Source: the human T2T-CHM13v2.0 reference genome, Homo sapiens
Assembly: GCF_009914755.1 (NCBI RefSeq)
Contig: NC_060926.1
Length of the DNA stretch: 64,000 nucleotides
Direction: 5' to 3' (one strand)
Both the position numbers and the translations under genes were made by a program. Positions 1 to 12,109 of the stretch are shown here, one piece after another (position 1 is the stretch's first letter; each line of letters begins with the position of its first letter). The notes under the pieces were generated by a model. That model saw only the letters and a list, made by a program, of their open reading frames with translations, was not told the origin of the DNA and searched no databases.

Positions 1-1110
1 ATTTCATGACCAAGAACCCAAAAGCAAATGCAATAACAACAAAGATAAATAGCTGGGACCTAATTAAACTAAAGAGCTTTTGCACAGCAAAAGGAACAGT
101 CAGCAGAGTAAACAGACAACCCACAAAGTGGGAAAAAATCTTCACAATCTATACATCTGACAAAGGACTAATATCCAGAATCTACAATGAACTCAAACAA
201 ATCAGTAAGAAAAAAAACAAACAATCCCATAAAAAAAGTGGGTTAAGGACATGAATGGACAATTTTCAAAAGAAGATATACAAATGGCCAGCAAACACAT
301 GGAAAAACGCTCAATATCACTAATGATCAGGGAAATGCAAATCAAAACCACAATGTGATATACCACCTTACTCCTGCAAGAATGGCCATAATCAAAAAAT
401 AAAAATAATAATAGATTTAGTGGGGATGTGGTGAAAAGGAAACACTTTTACACTGCTGGTGAAAATGTAAACTAGTATAACTACTATGGAAAACAGTGTG
501 GAGATTCCTTAAAGAACTAAAAGTGGAACTATCATTTGATCCAGCAATCCCACTACTGGGTATCTACCGAGATGAAAAGAAGTCATTATACGAAAAAGAT
601 ACTTGCCCATGCATGTTTGCAGCAGCACAATTCGCAATTGCAAAAATATGGAACCAGCCCAAATGCCCATCAATCAACAAGTGAATAAAGAAACTGTGGT
701 AAATATATACCATGGAATACTACTCAGCCATAAAAAGCAATGAAATAATGGCATTCACAGCAATTTAGATGGAATTGCAGACCATTATTCTAAGTGAAGT
801 AACTCAGGAATGGAAAACCAGACACTGTATATTCTCACTTATAAGTGGGAGTTTGATGTGAGGATGCAAAGGCATAAGAATGATACAATGGACTTTGGGG
901 ACTCACAGGAAAGGGTGGGAGGGGGGTGAGGGATAAAAGACTACAAATAGGATACAGTGAATACTGCTCGGGTGATGGGTGCACCAAAATCTCAGAAATC
1001 ACCACCAAAGAACTTATTCATGTAACCAAACACCACCTGTTCCCCCAAAAACCTATGGAAATAAAAAACAAAAATAAAATTAAAAAATAAAAACAGGAGA
1101 AAAAATAAGT
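1..1110 (+). mobile_element. L1 3' portion (ORF2 C-terminus, 3'UTR, A-rich tail), L1PB-like
   Basis: ORF2 remnants ([13 protein letters not shown]; [10 protein letters not shown]), L1PB-type 3'UTR ...gggtgcaccaaaatctcagaaatcacc...aaaacctatggaaataaaa, followed by an A-rich tail. Confidence 0.9.
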
Positions 1111-3126
1111 AAACATCCTGAAAAATAAAATAAACTACTATCCTCCAAAAAAAAAGAAAGAAAATAATTCTGAATTTACAGGTGACGGGAATTAGTTTTT
1201 AAATGGTACAATGTGCAGATCATTGGATTGACAACATCAACTAAGCTTTGGTAAATGATGAAAACTCACTGTTTGACACAGAGAAAGATCCAACCTCAGA
1301 TTGCATCCTCTGAAATCTTATGTTGCTGTGGTTGCCTGGCTCATTTTTAAACAATTGGACTTTTTAAAGCAGTAAGGGATGACAACTAAAATAAATTCAT
1401 AAATCCTAAATTTACCATTTCTTGGGAGAAAATGACGTACATTAGCAGAGGAGTAGCCAAATTAAAAGACTGAGCGTCCAAACATGTTAGCATGAAGATG
1501 TTGATGAACTTTTTCACTCCTTTTCTAAGAGTTATAGAGCATTATGTTGCAGTCAGCTGACATGTTATCTCTGGAACCACCATACTGGATATGTGCACAA
1601 AAGGAGGTCCCTTGGGGAGCCTGTTGAGGTGGTTTACTTACTTTATAACTAAGGAAAATTTAACAAAAATTTAACTAAAAGGGCTAAGGGGTTCATTCCC
1701 TTAAGCTAATAACGTAGCTTGAACATCAAAATTTTAATTTATTGCGATACCAGAGATCTTTTGAAATAGAACCTACATAGATTTTTAGAAGAACTAGCTA
1801 ACAGTCTTAACTAGAAACTGAAGAAGTGAAGGGATAATGTTAGGAGGTCTCTCAAAGACTTTAAATATGTGAAGACTAACCTAGACCTGTGGGCAGGGTG
1901 GAGGTGAAGTTATCTTGTTAAAATATACCACATCAAGAATGTGCTGAGAGTATAAGGTCTATTTTAGAAATATCTTTATAATCATAGAAATGAAGCACAG
2001 AATATAACAGAACAACAAAAAAAGATAAGTCCTATTAGAAACGTTAAAAGCAGATTCATTGGTACACCAGCCTGATTAACCGATTAGATTACTGTAAATT
2101 ACAAAAGTAATTATATATATATTTTATCATGAAAATTCCCTTTCTGAGTTGAATTAATGTAATAGTGAGGGACATTCTTCTCCAGACATCCCTTCGTCAG
2201 ACACACACACAAAATTACTATTAAATTAAAATTCATTAAACTCTATCTAAAAAGGATTGTCTTTTGGGATGCTCCACTGCATATTTTAAGATGCCCGACA
2301 TGTTCCAATTTACCCTGTGTGATGGGTAAGGGTGGAGGCCATGAGACATGCCTCTTACTATAGGTGGCAGGCTGGCCCTCTGGTCAAATAATTCTGAGCC
2401 TGTTTTTAACGTGAGTAATGGCATTAAAAACTACAAGTTTGGTACTAAGTTTGAAACTTTCTGGAGCGTATTTTGTATTCAAGTTTTAAAGTCTGATTGA
2501 AATGTACTATTATGCAAATAAGCTATAATTTTTTTAAATGCCATCCTTTTTAATAGTATCCTAAGGCAAATTTAAGAAGTATTATAATTCTCAAAATGCT
2601 AATTCACCCTTGTAAACGACCTCTGAAAAATAAAAGTTTATGCCAGTTGAGAAGGTAACTAAATAGTTGCCTCCATGAGTAAAGGTAGACTAGACAAAAA
2701 AATGAGGAAAAACTAGCATCCACAAAAATGATAGTATATATATTCAAATAGTAGATTAAGATCTGTTTATAATTGCTACAAATTTGACGTTGTAGCTTTA
2801 TGAATAGAACCATGGGCCTAAACTACAAACAAGAATGATTACACAAAATAAATCACATTGTAAAAAAGAATTTAAATTAATATAGGAATATTTGATTCCA
2901 TACATCAGTTACAATTATTATTAGAACTAATGCAACTTCAATTCCACAGATGACTAATAATTATTCTTTTTATCACAAGTATATTAAATTTTTCTAGGCA
3001 TATAGTACTTTTTAAGCCTATCAGCAAAGCTAAAGCATTTGTCATTATCTTGTAATCAGTGTACACTAATTATTATGTTCTGAATCTACCCATTCAATAC
3101 TTAGATCACTTGTCTAGGCCTTAACA

Positions 3127-3302
3127 CTATTGTCCAATAGAACTGTCTGAGATGGAAATGTTCTGTATCTGCACTGTCCAATATGATAACATGTGGCTAT
3201 TGAACACTTAAATGCGGGTAGTGCAACTGAAGAACTGAATTTTTTATTTTATTTAATTATTCAGTCACATATGACTAGTGGCTACCATAGTAAACAGCAC
3301 AG
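3127..3302. mobile_element. MER3 (hAT-Charlie non-autonomous DNA transposon)
   Basis: tgtccaatagaact...ggaaatgttct...tgtggctattgaacactt...ctagtggctacc...acagcacag matches recalled MER3 consensus. Confidence 0.75.
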
Positions 3303-3774
3303 CTTACAGGGTTCAAAAAGTAAGACTAAATGTCTTGTTATGATAGGTCTAACTGTATGTAGTCGGCTTGTTGATTTGCATAAGCAATGATATTCACAAA
3401 TGCTTACAAGAGTAGTATGCCAAAAAGTCTTTTGCCCTGTGGTTTCATCTTCACTCAAAAATATTATTAAATCTATGCCAGCAAACATCTACTACAACAT
3501 TCAGACAACTTCAAACAAAAAAATACAATATGAAAAGATTTTTATTAGTGTTTGTATGTCAGTACAACTATACTGGTTAATACTGATTAATGAGCCTGGT
3601 GGCCTGTGTCAATCTGTCTAATGTTAGCTCTAGAACAACTAGAATTCAAACTATGAAATAACCACTGCTAAAAAAGTTTTTGTCCATTACCTAACATAAC
3701 ACAAGAATACCAATTACTACATAGTTTTCAGCTCCATTGGTTAAACACTGCAAAGGCTTGTCAAATCATTTTAC

Positions 3775-3834
3775 CTGACAGACATATTTGTTCTTCCATT
3801 TGCTCAGCACACACCGACTGTTTTGCATCAGCTC
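3775..3834 (-). CDS. WDPCP: WDPCP coding exon 6 (60 nt): ELMQNSRCVLSKWKNKYVCQ
   Basis: Minus strand ttctgttgtgcttcag|GAGCTG...TGTCAG|gtaaaa; phase 0/0; continues the exon 5 frame and matches recalled WDPCP protein. Confidence 0.95.
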
Positions 3835-4087
3835 CTGAAGCACAACAGAAAAAGAGAGAGCGTAGTTGGCTGTACACATTGTCATTATCAGTTAAAGTGC
3901 CTCTGATTTGCAAGCAAAAAAAGATCAACATGCCACACAAAGATCCAACTGTTTTGGAACTCATCACTGGACAAAAGCAAAGCTATCATCACCATGAGAG
4001 TTGATCCTTTATGAAAATTAAAGCTGTTGAAAGATGTTTTAAAAACAGATTTGTTTGTTGCCATTTTTGAAACTTTTTGAAAGATAC

Positions 4088-4158
4088 CTCCAACTCTTTG
4101 AGCGAGTCTCGGAGTTTTTCTGGGCGTCTGTTTTTGAGCGTCCAAGGATAATCTCGTG
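4088..4158 (-). CDS. WDPCP: WDPCP coding exon 5 (71 nt): (S)RDYPWTLKNRRPEKLRDSLKELE
   Basis: tttgccag|CACGAG...TTGGAG|gtatct; phase 1/0; conserved Fritz motif DYPWTLKNRRPEKLRDSLKELE, also visible in ORF 3989..4174. Confidence 0.96.
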
Positions 4159-5712
4159 CTGGCAAATAAAACATGTACTACAGTTAGTTAAACAAGATTT
4201 AAAAAGGAAATTCTGCTTAGCAGTGTGCCTTAGGGAGATTAAAATAAAACACCTCTATAATCGAGAGGAAGTGGGCTTCATTTCCATCATCAAATGACAG
4301 CCTTATGAAAGGCTTTGTCATAGGAACAGGATTTTTACCACAAAACAATCTCCCTAACCATAATTTTACAATGACAACCAACAAGGCTTGGAGAATCCCT
4401 GGGAAAGTTTGCTAGGCTTGTGAATCTAGTAATTCATGGTAAATGATGTAGTCTTTACTAACTTTTTCATGTAAATAATTAAATGTTCAATCCAAAAGAA
4501 ATTCCAAATTCTACAAGTAACCTACTCAGACCTAAAAAAAAAAAAAAATTATCATGAGTAAATGAATATAATGAGCAAAGAAATAAAATGAAAAGAAATA
4601 AAAAATAAAACTGTATGTAAAAATATATGAAGTTAAGCATTAAAGCTCCACATTTTAAAACTATGGAAAAATCTGAGGGAAATCCAAGTTTTAACAAATT
4701 AGGCCCTAATAGTGCTCTTTTTAATTTAAAACAGTTATCTTTAAAGTATACACCACAATTGAATAATGATAAGCCTTCGTTTTGCTTTAAATAAATTAAG
4801 TGAAGGATAAAATTATTTAGTAGAGTCATGTTAGCCTAAAATAAATTAAAAATAGTTCTGTTTAAAATAATTTAAAAATGTTAAACATGTCTATTTTATC
4901 AGAAAAATGAATTCATCTTTGGATTCTCCTCATTAATAATTCTAAATGAGTTATATGTGTATTTGTGCTTACATGTGTGTTATATGTACATATACATATA
5001 CATAGTATACATAGATACTTAAATTTAAGAGTAGAATTGCTATACATCTTATTTCAGCAAATGAATTTGGGTCTATAAACAATTTTGATGTAGAACGTAT
5101 ATGCAAATTTTTAAATCTGTGTTGCAGCTACTAATACATTATTTTTTAAAATTAAATGTCAGTTCAACCATTTAAAAAACAAGAGAACAAATGGGATTTT
5201 CAGCTCTAGCTATAATCCAAAAAAATTTTAATGTATGTTTAATTCTATGTCATTAAAACCGTATTACATTGTCGCCATAATATATACAACATACTTATAT
5301 ACTGGAGATCAGAAAAGACTAGAGTGAATAAAATGCTAATACTGATATTACAAATACTATTTTCTTAAAAATGGGTAAGACATGTTAACAATTTAGGCAA
5401 AGTATGAATAATTAAATGTTACTATCAGAATTTAAGCTTGGTATAATTATCCTAAATATACTAATATATAGTTCATTATGAAATTTTATGTTTATATAAA
5501 CAAACATTTTATCAAAATTGAATAGAGATTTCAACGATCTAAATTAGAAAGGCCTGACAAATACAATTGTTACTTATATGTTTATATTCCTAAGTAATAG
5601 GAATTTAAAAAATTTGGAGGGAATAAAGTTTCCTCTTTGTTCCAGATGAATATTTTATAATACTGAACTTTACAGTTTTATAATAATTCCAAAAAATATA
5701 AAGTAAGCTTAC

Positions 5713-5757
5713 ACTCTGCCAGCTTCTGCTTCTTTTCTAAGTTACCATGCTCTGTCG
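5713..5757 (-). CDS. WDPCP: WDPCP coding exon 4 (45 nt): (A)TEHGNLEKKQKLAE(S)
   Basis: caatatcag|CGACAG...GCAGAGT|gtaagc; phase 1/1; in frame with neighbouring exons. Confidence 0.93.
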
Positions 5758-6617
5758 CTGATATTGTGGCAGAAGGGATAGAAAGAAAAAAACAAAAGTA
5801 GAATTTATTTTTATTATAATGCCTTGTATTTTAATATGTACATGTATAAGGTATTATTAACATTACATGCATTATTGAGATTAATAAATTATGCTTAGGT
5901 TCTAAAAGGACAGTTGAAAAAAATGCCATAATTTGGATGTTTTCATTTCATAGAGATATTTCCTAAATTTGCAGTGAAAGGGCACAAAAGGTGGACCAAT
6001 ATCCTGAGCTTCCAATCTGATCAGATAGGAAAGAGAACTGCAACAGAGCCCAGAACAGAAGCTGCTTCAGTCTGTCATCAGAACCATGAAGTCAGCCTAT
6101 TAACCACTAAGCTAAGCACACAGGCTGCTCACACAAGCCCACTTCAACGGAGACCAAAACAGGAAGTAACTCTAGCTAGAAAGACCTTTTGGCCCATCAT
6201 AAAACTTCTGGGATTAGCAGGATTAATCAGATAAAGAAAATTGATCATTCACTCAGAAATGCCTATTTCAGATATCAGGTGAGGATCCAGGAGGCCAGCA
6301 TCAGTAGGACCCATGCATTAACAATGCCCTCTACTGGGACACTGATAAATAAATGTGAATAGACTGCCCTATAATCAGCCTGATCAGCAGTAAAATGAAA
6401 ATTTTCATGTCTTTCTACAGCATTTTCTCGATACTACTTTATTTTATATAGAACAGATAGATATCAACCTCAGCATTTTTCTAAAGAACTGAAGGGACTT
6501 TTCTTAAAATTCTAGAATTTATCTAAAGCTCATGAGAAGAGAGCTTTTAATGGTCAGTATTTCATGGTTTAGAATATTTAGTTAATAAAAATTAATTGCA
6601 CAGAATAGGTACTTTAC

Positions 6618-6665
6618 CTGGTGGATCTTTCTTGTCATAATACTGGTAGATCCCAATGTCTCTAT
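6618..6665 (-). CDS. WDPCP: WDPCP coding exon 3 (48 nt): (D)RDIGIYQYYDKKDPP(A)
   Basis: cctttctatag|ATAGAG...CCACCAG|gtaaag; phase 1/1. Confidence 0.94.
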
Positions 6666-7474
6666 CTATAGAAAGGAAGAAATAACATTAAATTATGATT
6701 TAAAAGTCCCAGAGAATAAGAAGCCAAGCCATACTATATTAGGGGAAGGATAGGGAGAAAAGCAGAAACAGTCTCCTTATGCTACTAGAAATAAAATGGC
6801 TCAAAAGCATCCGGAGATGAGTTCGTCTATTCTAGGGATATGCAGAAACTGGAAAGTTTATCAATCTAATGAGAAAAGATTTACACAAAACTAGAATGGC
6901 ATGAGAAAAAGATTAGTAAAGAACTGAAATCAAGAAACACCAAGTTTTCTCTTTCACACATCCTCTGATATTTTTCACAGGGTTCTACCAAAAGGAACTG
7001 CCACTAAGCAATGCCAGATGAAATCAGTGGATGGAAGAAAATGCCCTGTTGGATTCTGAGCTGTGGTTTTCTTTTCTCCAATTTAGCTCAAGAGTCTAGT
7101 TCCTATTCTACGGCATTTGGGAGAAATCCACAGACGAGAAAGGGAAGATTAGAGGAACGTTTGGATACATTATTATCTGAAACTTGTTTAGACAGGGAAA
7201 ACCCCTTCTAAACCTAAATTCGGACACTTTGCTGGGGCTACCTAAGAAGCAAAGCTGGGCTTCCCAGATGTCAAGATTCATTTAACCAAGGAATTATTCC
7301 AGTTTAAATATAAGAGAACAAAATAATTTTGTCCATTTTCTTCATATCTATGAATAATAAAATATTTCTTTCATTGAAGGAACATTTGTTTTCTTCAATG
7401 CAAAATAATTCTCAGTTACTAACATAAGGATAAAGAGTATACAACTGTTTCTAAAGAGGTGGAAGCAGTACAGG

Positions 7475-7488
7475 CTGCCCCCTAGTGA
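7475..7488 (-). promoter_or_regulatory. Candidate CTCF core motif
   Basis: ctgccccctagtga, reverse complement TCACTAGGGGGCAG, one mismatch from a CCACTAGGGGGCAG-type core; motif match only. Confidence 0.45.
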
Positions 7489-7699
7489 CTGACTGCTCCA
7501 GACTTTCTCAAACTGAATGATAAAACTTCAAAAAAAAGTATTACTGCTATAATTAACTTTTCAAATATAGTCTTTCAAAATAGTCAATTGCGTGTACTTG
7601 TTAAAGCTCTATTTTATTCATCATGCCATTAGTAGAGGCATACAATTTTAAAGAATGCAGTTTATGTCTACTGGTTAGACTGAATATATCTAATAAGGA

Positions 7700-7870
7700 T
7701 TTATTGCGAAAAATCATGAGTAGGACTTCTTGGATACTGATATTTTATTTGTTGTCCTGGATGGTGATTTTATGGGTGTTTTCATATTCTGATGGTTCAC
7801 AACATAATCTTATGATCTTTACACTTTTCAGTACATATATTATACTTCAATAAAAAGGCTTTTTTAAAAA
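7700..7870 (+). mobile_element. Ancient L1M (L1ME/MC-like) 3' end
   Basis: ...cctggatggtgattttatgggtg...ttatacttcaataaaaag typical L1M 3' terminus. Confidence 0.55.
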
Positions 7871-7999
7871 ATCTAAGAACCACAGGCACTACATATGCAG
7901 ACAATATCTCCATTAAAATATTCCACCCTATAATTATACTCATCATTCCATACATCCAAATATATATCATAACTCTAGAATAGAACTATGAAGATCATA

Positions 8000-9630
8000 A
8001 AGAATCCTGAATTATGTGCACAAGTCTGACCTACTGCATCTGGCCCAGAGTGGAAACTGTCAAAACACAAGCAGAATAAGGAGAGCATCCAGTTAAGAAA
8101 ACCTGCCCTACAGTGGGTACCAGAGCTGGATGGGGAAGGTGTCCATTCAGAGAGTCAGCCTGACATGGTGTGTTAGAACTCCAGCAGGGTAAGAACACTC
8201 ACATGAAGCAACAGCCTGGTGTAGGGTATTAGAGGCTAAACAAGGTAAGGAGGACATTTGCATATGGGGGCAACCCAACATGGTATATCAAATCCCACAT
8301 AGGGTGAGAAGGGTATCTATACAGGGAAGGAGTAGCCACAGAGATAGGGGATTGACTGCAAACAGGGTGACTGATAAGTCAATAAATAAAAAATAGGGGA
8401 GCTCCAGGTTTCCCACTGTCTGAGAAGAAAAATACAAATATGGAAAGGGAGAAAATTAGAATGAACCCTATGGTGGTAGATAGGAATGAGATGTACCAAT
8501 GTAAACTCATGGTTTCAATATAGAGAGATAGATACAGAAATAAATATGGATGTAAATATGTGTGTATACATAGATACATACATTCTGCAAGCTCTGTCCA
8601 CTGAGAGGGCCTGGGAGCAGCAATGTTCCAATAATGAGTGCACCTAAAGCAGAACTTGGCTTCTAGAACCCTTGCCCTCTAAAAGGAACAAAGCTCCTTA
8701 GAAGAGTGACTGATTCCTAGGCTAGGGAAAGGAAATTACAACATGAGTCTGGAACATTTGTTGTACCAGAAAGAATTAAAGTGCTCAGATTTTGACAGGG
8801 ACATGTCAAAAAGACACAGAAGCCAGCTTGAAGAGGGTCCCTCTGGCCACATCAGGGACAATTTAAACATCAAAATACATAATGAAATAAAATAATGATA
8901 TGACTATAACAACTCCATAAAGTGGAAAACTTGAGTCCACAGAGATAAAATAAATTGATCATATATAATAATATATTTAAAGCATGAGGAACAGGATATT
9001 TACATAATTTCAAGGTATTTCCCTATGAAATACTTACTAATCACAAAGAAGAAAGTAACTTTGCAGTGGAGAAGCCGAGCAGACACTATCTTATCAGGTA
9101 ATCATGAATATCATCAGGAAAGGGACAAATTGAAATTATGCACCACCTGATAGGATGCATTGAAATGCATAACCTGAATCTAATTGTGAGGAAATTTCAA
9201 ATATAACCAAATTTACAATCATCCTACACAATAACTCACCTAATATCTTCAAAAATATTAAGGTCATGAAAATGTAAAAAAAAAAAAAAAGGCGGAGGAT
9301 GAAGAATAACCCAGAATGAAGGACACTAAAGAAACATAACAATGCAATATGTTACTGTGAACAAAAATCCTTTTCCTAAAAAAAGAACAATGATGGGACA
9401 ATTGGTAAACTGGTCCATTTAGACTGAAGTACATCATTGTTAATTTCCTGATTTCAATGGCTTATACAGTAATGCAGGACAAAATCCTTTTTGTAGGACA
9501 TATACATGAATGTATTTGGAGGTGATAAAGCATCAGGCTACAACTCTCAAACGGTTCAAGAAAAAAAATTCTCTGTACTGACAATTTTTCTATAAGTTTG
9601 TGATTATTTCAAACATTTAAAAAATAAACA
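8000..9630 (+). mobile_element. L1MC4-like 3' region
   Basis: gctctgtccactgagagggcctgggagc, gagtctggaacatttgttgtaccagaaag, ttgcagtggagaagcc, and terminal aagtttgtgattatttcaaa motifs. Confidence 0.65.
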
Positions 9631-10199
9631 TCAAGCATAATGAGAGCACATTAACAGGGTTACTAATTTAGTCTAGATAGCAGGAAAGGCTTCTCTAAGT
9701 GACTTAATAAAGCCGAGCCCTAAAGAAGTAGGATTCATAAAAGGTTAAATAGAAGAATGTCCCAATAGAGAGAATGGGTAGGCCCTGCAAAAATGCAGTT
9801 GGGGTTGAAGACTATTCTCATGGGGCTACTGTGCACCACTGTGTGATTCTTCTCTAAAAACCATTCACTGACTCAGAATAGAAGGAACAGGGACAGAAAA
9901 CTTGAGGACACATGGAGGGACAGGGAAGGAATTTGCTGGGCATGAACAGAGGACAAGGGGTAAAAGGGGATCAAGATGGAATAGCTCAGACTTCCAACCA
10001 TGGGGTCCAAGCTGGGTAGGAAGATAAGTGAAGAAGACCCAATGGACTAGGAGAATGTCAAGTGATTAAAAGGTTGACCATCTCAAAGAAGCATAAAACC
10101 TAGTTATATGAGAATAAGGGAATAATATGAAAAATGGGCAATTATGATTAAAGAAGAAAACATTTCAATTAAAAATTTTGACCAGCAGTAAAATAAGTT

Positions 10200-11218
10200 C
10201 ACTTTGGGATTTCTTTTTTCTATTTTCTGAGATTTCTTTTACACTTTTGAATTTTGAATTTTTTCTGCAACATATTTTTAATTTCCAAGAGACCTGTATA
10301 ACTTCAAATGTTTTCTGAAGCTTCTGTTTTTGTTTCTTGCTTCATGGATTTAGTATTTTTCCTTAGGTCTCTGTTGTACTTTTTTCCCCCCTTCCTACAT
10401 TATCTCTGTTTCTTCAGAGACCCATTCACCTATTCATTTTGTTTTCTTTCCTGTTGAAGATATTCCTCAAATATCTAGTGATCCTTAGTTCTCTGTTTGT
10501 ATTTACAAGTGAGGCACTAAAAAACTGATTGGAAGCCCTGTGTACACACATAGAGCTTGCCAACTGGTGGGCTTCACTGATCAGCCAAGGACTGGGGTAT
10601 TTCACCAAAGGACTCCCTCAAACGTCTATATACTAGGTCTTCTTTCTCGGGTCTTGCAGTCATTCCAGAGAGGAATATCTCAAGCTCCTTCTTTCTTGGA
10701 AAGTGTACAAATAGGTATGACATTCTCAGAACCAAGTGGGATTAAGAAGACCTCACCCATCAGTATGTAGGCTTCCTTCCATTTCGTGCCTGTTTTCAGT
10801 TCAGCAGGTCGTCTTCTACTGCCCCTGGTGTTCCCAACTTTAGAGCCTCCTTAATTAAATATTTCCACAGCATGAAAGGTATCTCACAACTTTTTCTGCA
10901 AACTTTCATGTCCCTTTACTGTCACTCTGATGACACATACCATCTTCTACAATATCTGGCTCCTCAAATTTCTGTATCTTTCCAGAATTTTGAGTCATAA
11001 ATTGGCTGTCATTGGAACTCTCCTCTGCAGGCAATTTATATTCAGGTTTTTCATCTCTGCTAATTCCTCTTTCCCTCCCATCTTCCAAAATTTGTCCAAT
11101 TTCAGTTGTCCCCTCTGTCGAAAGGGTTTATACCTTCTTTATTTTTATTCCTTTATTGGCATCTTAGAAGAGTTTTAGGAGGGAGCAAACAAATGTTAAA
11201 TCTACTTTAACTGAAATT
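10200..11218 (-). mobile_element. HAL1-like 5' fragment
   Basis: Reverse complement of 11100-11218 resembles the start of the plus-strand element at 25550 (ctccctcc..aaactct...aaggaataaaa...aattttgga). Confidence 0.55.
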
Positions 11219-11664
11219 TCAATCTTTATACATTTTAAAGCAGATAAACGATGAAAATATCAAAGTCATCCTTAATTCTATATTTAATATGAAGAAACAA
11301 TACTTTGTAAGGTAAATCATTTTCTTAGTAATGATGCTTAAAAGATATAAATAATATTCTTCTCCTAAATACAAGTGTTACTTCGTATAAAGATTTTTTA
11401 AAGATATTTCTTATAAAGTACACTGTATCGTATGTTAATAAGCATTGTTAAAACACACATATTATTCTCCCCCCCCAAAATTGTGAAAAACAAAGAACAT
11501 GAAAATAATCGTACATCTTACCTATATGTTTGAAATGTTATTTTAATATCAAATAGAAATGCCTTTACCATTAGCTATCCTGTAAATATTTATGAATATA
11601 AATCTTATTATGAAGAATCCCAGAAAAAAAATTGAATATGTATCTTTTTTTTTTACCATTCAAT

Positions 11665-11776
11665 AAATTTTATTATTTATTTATTATTTTAGAGGCAGGG
11701 TCTCGCTCTGTCACCTGGGCTAGAGCATAGTGACACGATCTTGGCTCACTGCAGCGTCAACCTCCTAGGCTCGTGT
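11665..11776 (-). mobile_element. Partial AluJ/FRAM-like right arm
   Basis: tttttagaggcagggtctcgctctgtcacc...ctcactgcagcgtcaacctcctaggctc. Confidence 0.8.
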
Positions 11777-12024
11777 GTATCTTAAGAGAGAACAAATATT
11801 AAGCCAATAAGATTAATTTTCAAAACTGAAAACCTAACTCAAGCTGTAAATATTGTTAGTAAGAGTAATTAAAAGGAATTATTTTCCATTAACCAATTTT
11901 TCATTAAGAATAAAGAAAGAACGCAACTCCAGCTGGAGAATTCAGGCTCTAACCTTTGCTAGTACTTATTTATAATGGTGTAACATATTTGAAAAATATT
12001 GAAATTAATCCAGAGCTCATTTAC

Positions 12025-12109
12025 CCGCAATGTGTAAGGTATTCTTCAAAGACCACAGGTGCAGTTCAGTCAAGCAGAAAGACATCTGATGGCAGAAGGA
12101 ATCTCTATC
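12025..12109 (-). CDS. WDPCP: WDPCP coding exon 2 (85 nt): DRDSFCHQMSFCLTELHLWSLKNTLHIA(D)
   Basis: tttaaacag|GATAGA...ATTGCGG|gtaaat; phase 0/1; matches recalled human WDPCP N-terminal region. Confidence 0.95.

Noticed and set aside
1190-1900. Possible ancient coding remnant or processed pseudogene
   Set aside because: No ORF of 60 aa or more, no recognisable protein similarity, and no poly(A) or TSD; cannot be supported.
3832-3837. NAGNAG acceptor (CAG GAG) at exon 6
   Set aside because: GAG is rarely used as a distal acceptor and nothing in the sequence supports it.
4294-4321. Small imperfect palindrome atgacagcctt...aaggctttgtcat near exon 5
   Set aside because: Too short to distinguish from chance without conservation data.
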